Source: Candidatus Heimdallarchaeota archaeon (GTDB taxonomy: Archaea; Asgardarchaeota; Heimdallarchaeia; Heimdallarchaeales; Heimdallarchaeaceae). Taken from it: a DNA stretch of 64,000 nucleotides. A model generated the notes under the pieces. It worked only from the letters and a program-made list of their open reading frames with translations. It ran no database searches and was not told the DNA's origin. The DNA lies in contig JAAFKI010000051.1 in assembly GCA_021399345.1 (NCBI GenBank), positions 1-64,000 on the forward strand, in the 5' to 3' direction. Each line of letters starts with the position of its first letter. Position 1 is the stretch's first letter. Both the position numbers and the translations under genes were made by a program. This document shows, one piece after another, positions 57,695 through 64,000 of this stretch.

Positions 57695-58585
57695 ATGAAA
57701 ATACTTGCAGGTCCCAACTCAGAACAACTTGCTCAGAAAATAGCTGAACAATTGAATCTTACAATGTTAAGTTTATCTTACAAATACTTTACAGATGGTG
57801 AAACCTATTTTAAGATTGAGGGAAATTTAGAGAAGGAAGACGTAATTATTGTTCAAACAACCTACCCAGATCAAGAAAAAAGGTTACTTGAACTAATTTT
57901 TCTAACTAATACATTAAAAGAACTAGGTGCAGATAAAGTAATTGCAGTAGTTCCATATCTATGTTATGCTAGAGCTGACAGAAGAAGACTAGATGGTGAA
58001 GTTGTATCCCATACTATTACTATGGATTTACTTCAGCAAGCAGGACTAGATTCACTTATTACAATTAACGTTCACAATCAAGAAGTATTTCATAAAACAA
58101 CAGAAACTTTGGAAAAGTATAATCTTAGTGCTCTTCCAGCAATTTCTGATTTCTTAAAGGATAAAGTAAACGAAGAATGGATTATAGTTGGACCTGATAA
58201 AGGTAGTCAAGAAGAAATTAAAACATTAGCCAAGGAACTTTCTTTACTGAGTTTCATATTAGAGAAATATAGAGACCCACAAAGTCATGAAGTACGATTC
58301 AAAGAAGCAGATTTTGTTTGCGAATCAAAAACAATCATTCTTTTTGATGATGTAATCACTTCTGGAGGTACAGCTATCAAAGCAAGTAAGATTCTTCTTG
58401 ATAAAGGACCTTCTAGTCTTAAATTTATAGTTGTTCATGGTCTCTCTGATTCTGAGGTTTTCAAAAAGATGTATAATATAGGTGTCGATTCTATTCTGTC
58501 AACAAACACTGTGCCAAGAGAAGATATAGAACAAATTGATATCAGTTCTCTGATTAGTAACTTTATTGGAGAAAAATTTCTATGA
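57695..58585 (+). CDS. prs: Ribose-phosphate pyrophosphokinase
   Basis: F.DGE, VVPYLCYARAD, GPDKG, DDVITSGGT. Confidence 0.93.
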   Translation: MKILAGPNSEQLAQKIAEQLNLTMLSLSYKYFTDGETYFKIEGNLEKEDVIIVQTTYPDQEKRLLELIFLTNTLKELGADKVIAVVPYLCYARADRRRLDGEVVSHTITMDLLQQAGLDSLITINVHNQEVFHKTTETLEKYNLSALPAISDFLKDKVNEEWIIVGPDKGSQEEIKTLAKELSLLSFILEKYRDPQSHEVRFKEADFVCESKTIILFDDVITSGGTAIKASKILLDKGPSSLKFIVVHGLSDSEVFKKMYNIGVDSILSTNTVPREDIEQIDISSLISNFIGEKFL

Positions 58586-59610
58586 AAAAATACCTAGCAC
58601 ATATCTGTGGTCATTTTCAACCATTGGGGTATGAAGAGCTTTATGCAGTATTAGAAGCAGAAAATGTGAAGTATCATGTAGTAGAAGTAAACTCTCAAAT
58701 CGTTATTTTCGAAACAGATGATAATCCTATATACGCTGTGAGTAGATGTGCTTTTGTTCATTCACTTCTTGAGTTAACAGATACTGGAGAAATTGATGAA
58801 CATAAAATAATCTTTCAACACACATATGAAATATCAGAACTGGGAACAGGTTCAACTTTTTGTTCAAGAGTAACTAGAATTGGTAAAAAGGAAGTTAAAA
58901 TTAAATCAGTGGATTTAGAAAGAGATTTGGGAAATCATATCTACAAGAAGTTTGAAGAAAATGAACTTGAGGTTGATTTGAGATCCCCAGATTATACTTT
59001 TCGAACAATTCTAATAAAAAATCGATTCTTCTTAGGTTTAGAAATATGGACAATTGATCGCAAAAAATACTCGATTAGGGAGCCTGGAAAGAGAGATTTT
59101 TTCAGACCAGGAGCAATGAGAACTGATTATGCCAGAGCCTTGGTGAATCTGTCTAGAATAAGAAGAGGTGAAATCTTTTTTGACCCTTTCTGTGGAGGAG
59201 GAGGTTTCCTTTTAGAAGCGTCATATTTGGGGGCTTATACAATAGGTACAGATTTAGATCCTTATGCAGTCAAAGGTTCAGTTAGAAATATGAAACAATT
59301 CAAGCGATCAAATTATGAAGTTCTTCAAGGGGATTCTCGCAACATACCTATAAAATTCTTTCATGCAGCTGCAACTGACCCTCCTTATTCATTGCAATCA
59401 TCTACTCATGGAGAAAAAGTTTCAAAATTGACATATGATTTTTTAACTGAGTCAAAAGAATATTTGATGAAAAACAGACATCTTGTCTATTGTACCCCTT
59501 CTACTCTCGAACCTGAAGCAATTGTCGAAAAAACTGATTATCAGATAGTAACACTAATAGATACATTCATTCATAAATCGTTAACTAGAAGAATCCTTGT
59601 CTTAAAGTGA
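58582..59610 (+). CDS. trm11: tRNA (guanine-10-N2) methyltransferase (THUMP + MTase; Trm11/TrmG10-like)
   Basis: VDLRSPD THUMP end, ARALVNLS, DPFCG.GGF, TDPPY. Confidence 0.85.
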   Translation: MKKYLAHICGHFQPLGYEELYAVLEAENVKYHVVEVNSQIVIFETDDNPIYAVSRCAFVHSLLELTDTGEIDEHKIIFQHTYEISELGTGSTFCSRVTRIGKKEVKIKSVDLERDLGNHIYKKFEENELEVDLRSPDYTFRTILIKNRFFLGLEIWTIDRKKYSIREPGKRDFFRPGAMRTDYARALVNLSRIRRGEIFFDPFCGGGGFLLEASYLGAYTIGTDLDPYAVKGSVRNMKQFKRSNYEVLQGDSRNIPIKFFHAAATDPPYSLQSSTHGEKVSKLTYDFLTESKEYLMKNRHLVYCTPSTLEPEAIVEKTDYQIVTLIDTFIHKSLTRRILVLK

Positions 59611-59614
59611 TTGA

Positions 59615-60535
59615 ATGTCAAATGAGATGTCCATAATTTTCCTAGGAACCTCTTCGGCTCCTCCTCAATCAACCAGAAAACAGAGTGCATTAGTTGTAAA
59701 ATACAAAAGTCATACTCTTCTCTTTGACGTAGGTGAAGCAACACAATACCAGATGATTGACCAAAAAATAAAGTTCACTAAATTAACAATAATTCTTACT
59801 CATCTCCATTCTGATCACACACTAGGACTTATGGGATTACTTATAACAAGGAATTTTCGCAATATTAAAACTCCAATCACTATAATAGGACCAGCTTGGA
59901 CATCAAACTTTGTTTCTCTTCTATTTTTAGCTTATAGATTTAAGCCAGAATATGAAATTAAAATAATAGAGACTTCTGGTGGAAATATTTTAGAGAATAA
60001 GGATTTTAGTTTAGATTCATTTCCTATTACTCATTCAGATACTAGTTTTGGTTATAGATTAGTTACTAAGCCAAAAAGGCGCAAATTCAATGTTGAAAAA
60101 GCAACAGAAATGAATGTTCCACGAGGAGAAATGTGGAAAAAGCTTCAGAATGGTATTTCTGTAGAAATAGATGGAAAAACTATTTCTCCTTCCGATGTTC
60201 TAGACAAAGTAGAGAAAAATAACCTTAAAATTGTCATTACAGGTGATACTCCTTTTGATGAGAAAGTAATTGAATTTGCAAAAAATGCTGATCTCTTGAT
60301 TCATGATGCTACCTACCCCCCTTATGAAGAAGAAAGAGCGAAAAAACATCTTCATTCTACTTGTATTGATGCCGCTCAAGTTGCAAAAAAAGCAAAAGTA
60401 AAACGGCTAATAATGACTCATATATCTGAACTTCACAAGAATTTGGAAGAATCCTTAAGAGATTCTAGGGAAATATTCTCAAATTGTGAGTTTGCAGAGG
60501 ATGGATTAAGAATTGAATTAAAACCTAAAGACTAG
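59615..60535 (+). CDS. rnz: Ribonuclease Z
   Basis: FLGTS, THLHSDH, exosite insert, TGDT, HDATY, HST, THIS. Confidence 0.95.
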   Translation: MSNEMSIIFLGTSSAPPQSTRKQSALVVKYKSHTLLFDVGEATQYQMIDQKIKFTKLTIILTHLHSDHTLGLMGLLITRNFRNIKTPITIIGPAWTSNFVSLLFLAYRFKPEYEIKIIETSGGNILENKDFSLDSFPITHSDTSFGYRLVTKPKRRKFNVEKATEMNVPRGEMWKKLQNGISVEIDGKTISPSDVLDKVEKNNLKIVITGDTPFDEKVIEFAKNADLLIHDATYPPYEEERAKKHLHSTCIDAAQVAKKAKVKRLIMTHISELHKNLEESLRDSREIFSNCEFAEDGLRIELKPKD

Positions 60536-60974
60536 TGATTTCAGAAAATTTTCTGATTACCAACTCTTTCCCATCTTCTGTTTTTGGTACAAACCAGTCT
60601 AAGAATTTATCACAATCATCGGGTTGAATAATTAATTCAACATCTCCTAATGGTGAAGAAGTACCTTCAGTAGTAAAAGCAATTTTATTAGCAAAAAGCG
60701 CTTGTTTGTGCAGAGGGATAATTAAAGAATTAGAGTAATAATCACGTCTTATACATTGCCTGACTGAATCTAATATGAAATTTTGCCTTATGTGATTGAA
60801 TAATCTTTTCAAAACATCAATTGGAAGGTTTTCGGCAGTAAAATAAGTGATTTCCTCATCATCAATACGTTTGAGTTCAGGTTGAACACAAAGTAAATTC
60901 TCGATACACATCATAACTTTGCTTTCTTCTTCAGTAGAAAAAAGAGGTACTCGCAAACTCAATTTTATTTGCAT
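60525..60974 (-). CDS. UPF0201/DUF54 family archaeal protein
   Basis: TEEESKV, IRQNFILDSVR, LHKQA, SPLG, DWF.P. Confidence 0.8.
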   Translation of the reverse strand: MQIKLSLRVPLFSTEEESKVMMCIENLLCVQPELKRIDDEEITYFTAENLPIDVLKRLFNHIRQNFILDSVRQCIRRDYYSNSLIIPLHKQALFANKIAFTTEGTSSPLGDVELIIQPDDCDKFLDWFVPKTEDGKELVIRKFSEITSL

Positions 60975-61552
60975 TATCTCACCCTTTTGTTCAATTCTTC
61001 AAGAAGACTTAATGAATGTTCTCTAAAAGATTCAAGAGCATTATTATTTGGAATCACATAATTTGAGAAAGCGATAGTCTCTCCTAATCCAAGTTTTAAT
61101 TCATCTTCATCTCTCAACCGAAAATCTTTTTCAGTTTGGGGAGCATCTTTCCGCCCTCTCAATTTAAGTCGATCATATCTTAGTCTTGGATCTACATGTA
61201 TCGCAACAATCAGAAAATCATTATTAAGATGATTCTTGAAATGTGTAACTTCAGCTTGACTTCTGATTCCATCAATGATAATCATGAGAATACCTTGTTG
61301 TTTCAATTTCTCTATTGTTTCACAAGTAAGATGGGCTACAGCTGTCTCACCAAAATCTTCTCTTAGCTTGATCATGTATTTTCTGCTCATCTCAGGGGTA
61401 GGTTCGAATCCTTCCTCAATGACTTTTGTTCTGACTACATCACCCATTACAACAGTTTGATAACCCAGTTTTTCAGCGAATCTAGCGAATTCACTCTTAC
61501 CAGAACCAGGCATTCCAGTAACTCCAATGATTGTTGCTTTGGGTTTAGTCAT
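60974..61552 (-). CDS. UPF0200 family P-loop nucleotide kinase (dephospho-CoA kinase-like)
   Basis: TGMPGSGKS, MGDVVR, DGIRS, RGRKD, RDEDEL.LG. Confidence 0.88.
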   Translation of the reverse strand: MTKPKATIIGVTGMPGSGKSEFARFAEKLGYQTVVMGDVVRTKVIEEGFEPTPEMSRKYMIKLREDFGETAVAHLTCETIEKLKQQGILMIIIDGIRSQAEVTHFKNHLNNDFLIVAIHVDPRLRYDRLKLRGRKDAPQTEKDFRLRDEDELKLGLGETIAFSNYVIPNNNALESFREHSLSLLEELNKRVR

Positions 61553-61656
61553 TTAGTTCATTGTGAGAATAATTAAGGTAATTAAAAATGTTGTTAAAGC
61601 AAATTGATTGTAACCTCGTCAAAATTTATAAAATGATAGAAAATTGTTATTTGAAA

Positions 61657-62223
61657 ATGGTACGTGCATTCATATCTATCAACTTTGAAGATGAAAATGT
61701 CTTGAAAGGAGTACAAGAAATTCAGGATCAAATCAAGAATTCAGGTGCAAATGTAAGACTAGTAAATCCTGAGATCTTGCATATTACCATGGAATTTCTA
61801 GGTGAGATATCGGAAGAACAAGTAACCATCTTATCAGAGATGCTTTCAGAAATAGAATTTGAAAGCCTGAAACTTCAAGTAAAAGGACCTGGTGTTTTAC
61901 CAAATGAGAAACATATCAGGGTTGTTTATTGCGAAATAAACGGAGAGATTGAAAAACTGAAGGAAATTCAAAAGGAAATCAGAAATAAATTAAGAACTAA
62001 GGGTTTCAAAGTTGATTCTAGACCTTTTAAACCTCATTTAACAATAGGAAGAGTGAAATCGCCCAAAAATAAGGACGAATTGATTAAGGTTATAAATAAC
62101 CTTTCAGAATATAGCTGCGGAGTTCAAGAAATTAGTTCAGTACAACTCAAAAAATCTATATTAAAAACAGAGGGACCAGAATATTCAGTACTCTATAAAG
62201 TAGAAGCATTAGATAAAAGGTGA
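61657..62223 (+). CDS. thpR: RNA 2',3'-cyclic phosphodiesterase (2H family)
   Basis: RAFI, HITMEFLG, PHLTIGRVK, S.L...GP.Y. Confidence 0.93.
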   Translation: MVRAFISINFEDENVLKGVQEIQDQIKNSGANVRLVNPEILHITMEFLGEISEEQVTILSEMLSEIEFESLKLQVKGPGVLPNEKHIRVVYCEINGEIEKLKEIQKEIRNKLRTKGFKVDSRPFKPHLTIGRVKSPKNKDELIKVINNLSEYSCGVQEISSVQLKKSILKTEGPEYSVLYKVEALDKR

Positions 62224-62227
62224 TTTC

Positions 62228-63715
62228 ATGAGTAAAAAAGCCCCAAAGGATACTTCAAAAGTAATTGAAAAGAAAGTTTTGGAAGTAATTCAAGTCCAAT
62301 GGGAACAACATGAGAGGGTAAGAGAGATTCTTTCAATTCTCAGAGAAAAGATACAACAGGATTTAGGTTCTTTAGGGTATATTGGGAGAGTTGAAACTCA
62401 AGGTTCTTTTGTCAGAAAAACCTATCTAAGTGAAGATGAGACATTCGATCTAATGCTAATCCTGCAAAGAGCTGATAAACCAAAGATGCACCAAATTCTA
62501 GATGCTTTGGAAAAAAGATTGAAAAAAGATAGAATAAAAAAGGATCCAATAACAATCACAAAACATACAGGAAAAATCCCCTATCTTAGAATTGTTGCGG
62601 GTGATGAACTCATTAATCTCTTTGTAGGCTTTGAAGTAACACCAGGAGAAGAAACAAAATCCATTTTTGATTTAATCCCGATGCATTCTCAATACCTGAT
62701 TACGCATATGAAAGAAGAAGATAGAAATGAAGTTCTTCTACTGAAGAAATTTCTGAAGACCATAGGTGTTTACAGAAATGAAGTAGGTGCAATTGGTTTC
62801 AATGGATATCTTTGTGAATTACTCATTTTGTTTTATGGGACATTTGAGAAAACTATCGAAAACATTGGAAAATGGAGACCTAGAACGATTATTGATTTGA
62901 AGAAAAACTTTGAGAAGTCAGAAGATGTAGATCTTCTAACAAGTGAAATGTTATTGAAATATTATCCTTTATATGTACCAGATCCTCTAAATCCTAAGGA
63001 TAATGTTGCAGCTGATGTATCTGTTGATCAATTTACCTCATTGGTGGCTGCAGCTAATACATATAGGTTTGAACCAAAAATTAGTTTTTTTGAAGATTTA
63101 CTCTGTGAGATTCCATCATATTCTGACCTTATGCGAAAAATCATCTTTTCAGGTAGACAACTTGTAATTCTAGCTACTAAGCGAAATTTTCAGGAAACTG
63201 AAATTTGTTGGCAAAAAGCAATTTCAATGAAGAATGGCTTTCAGGTAGAATTATTTAACAATAACTATATTTTGGAAAGATCAAAAGCATTTGTCTCTGA
63301 TGAGTATTATGGCTTATTTTTGTCATTGCTGGATTTAAACCCACAGATTTCAATTAGAAAAGAAGGACCTTTAATTACATCAGAGGAGTCTCTTAAATTC
63401 CTTCAGCAATATACTAAGCACGTTGATGTTGTAGCTGGACCATTTATAGATAATGAGCGCTGGGTAATTCACTTTACAAAGAAAGGTCAGAATGTATTCG
63501 AATTTCTTGAAAGTTTGGTGAAGAAAAATACTTTCATGTTGAATGTTGATTCATTCCTTAAAATCGAAATTAAGGAAAAACTAAAGATTTTTGGGGCAGA
63601 TGAAAAGCTTGGTGAAATCTATGAAACTGATATTTCTTTAGCAGAAGATCTTTTTCTATTCATAGAAAGGAAACCTTTGTGGATATGTAATTTAGAACAA
63701 GCTGATCAAATATGA
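62228..63715 (+). CDS. cca: Class I (archaeal) CCA-adding enzyme-like protein with degenerate active site
   Basis: QGSFVRKTYL, LLKKFLK.IGVY, GFNGYLCELL..FYG.F, DPL.P..NVAA; next to thpR. Confidence 0.8.
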   Translation: MSKKAPKDTSKVIEKKVLEVIQVQWEQHERVREILSILREKIQQDLGSLGYIGRVETQGSFVRKTYLSEDETFDLMLILQRADKPKMHQILDALEKRLKKDRIKKDPITITKHTGKIPYLRIVAGDELINLFVGFEVTPGEETKSIFDLIPMHSQYLITHMKEEDRNEVLLLKKFLKTIGVYRNEVGAIGFNGYLCELLILFYGTFEKTIENIGKWRPRTIIDLKKNFEKSEDVDLLTSEMLLKYYPLYVPDPLNPKDNVAADVSVDQFTSLVAAANTYRFEPKISFFEDLLCEIPSYSDLMRKIIFSGRQLVILATKRNFQETEICWQKAISMKNGFQVELFNNNYILERSKAFVSDEYYGLFLSLLDLNPQISIRKEGPLITSEESLKFLQQYTKHVDVVAGPFIDNERWVIHFTKKGQNVFEFLESLVKKNTFMLNVDSFLKIEIKEKLKIFGADEKLGEIYETDISLAEDLFLFIERKPLWICNLEQADQI

Positions 63716-63734
63716 AAAAAGAAGAAAGGAAAGA

Positions 63735-64000
63735 TTAGTTTTTTAATTTCCTTCTAACGAAAATGGGAATTACTAAAGCAACCAATAGTATCCAGAAAGT
63801 CGAAAAACTTGTTTTGACATAAACAGCTGGATTTTTGAGAGGATAAGGGTCAATTGTATTGAATGGACCATCTAAAGGATACTCAGCCCTCCTCCTCAGA
63901 TCATCCCAATAATTTCCTTCGAGTGTTGTTTTATCATACCAAGTTGTGTTAAATCCTTCATCAAAAGCTTGACTCTTCCCATTTTTGTTGTTTTTTATGA
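63735..64000 (-). CDS. C-terminus of a cell-surface protein (NosD/beta-helix-like) with membrane anchor (partial)
   Basis: Own translation: ..SQAFDEGFNTTWYDKTTLEGNYWDD..IDPYPLKNPAVYVKTSFSTFWILLVALVIPIFVRRKLKN*. Confidence 0.75.
   Translation of the reverse strand, partial: IKNNKNGKSQAFDEGFNTTWYDKTTLEGNYWDDLRRRAEYPLDGPFNTIDPYPLKNPAVYVKTSFSTFWILLVALVIPIFVRRKLKN

Noticed and set aside
485-61460. Numerous 60-160 aa ORFs antisense to or nested within assigned genes (e.g. 24321-24800, 19530-19790, 3343-3588)
   Set aside because: Shadow ORFs of well-supported genes, with no motifs of their own.
1-64000. CRISPR arrays, rRNA genes, integrases or transposases
   Set aside because: No regularly spaced repeats, GC-rich rRNA-like tracts or recombinase motifs were seen.

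Overview
AT-rich, gene-dense archaeal chromosomal segment. Archaeal markers include class I CCA-adding enzyme-like gene next to thpR, LonB, type II MetAP, PolB, geranylgeranyl reductase and TET peptidase. A RING protein and a longin-like protein suggest an Asgard (probably Heimdallarchaeia-like) host; this is inference. Most genes are housekeeping or metabolic: glpK, pyrDK/pyrF, fixABCX, tldDE, larA, prs, rnz, tRNA-Gly(CCC) and transporters. The standout is a ~2.6 kb islet (16968-19523) bracketed by two diverged copies of the last 32 codons of fixX. It encodes an unknown membrane protein and a protein with eight tandem Kruppel-type zinc fingers (TGEKP-type linkers) fused to a PD-(D/E)xK-like domain and a C-terminal PIP-box-like motif, i.e. 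a candidate natural zinc-finger nuclease. A second theme is apparent pseudoenzymes: a proofreading-dead PolB, a CCA-adding enzyme lacking catalytic aspartates, two SufS-like proteins lacking the PLP lysine, and a PyrF lacking its phosphate-binding Arg. No CRISPR array, rRNA, integrase or transposase was seen. All assignments come from reading motifs by eye; no database searches were run.
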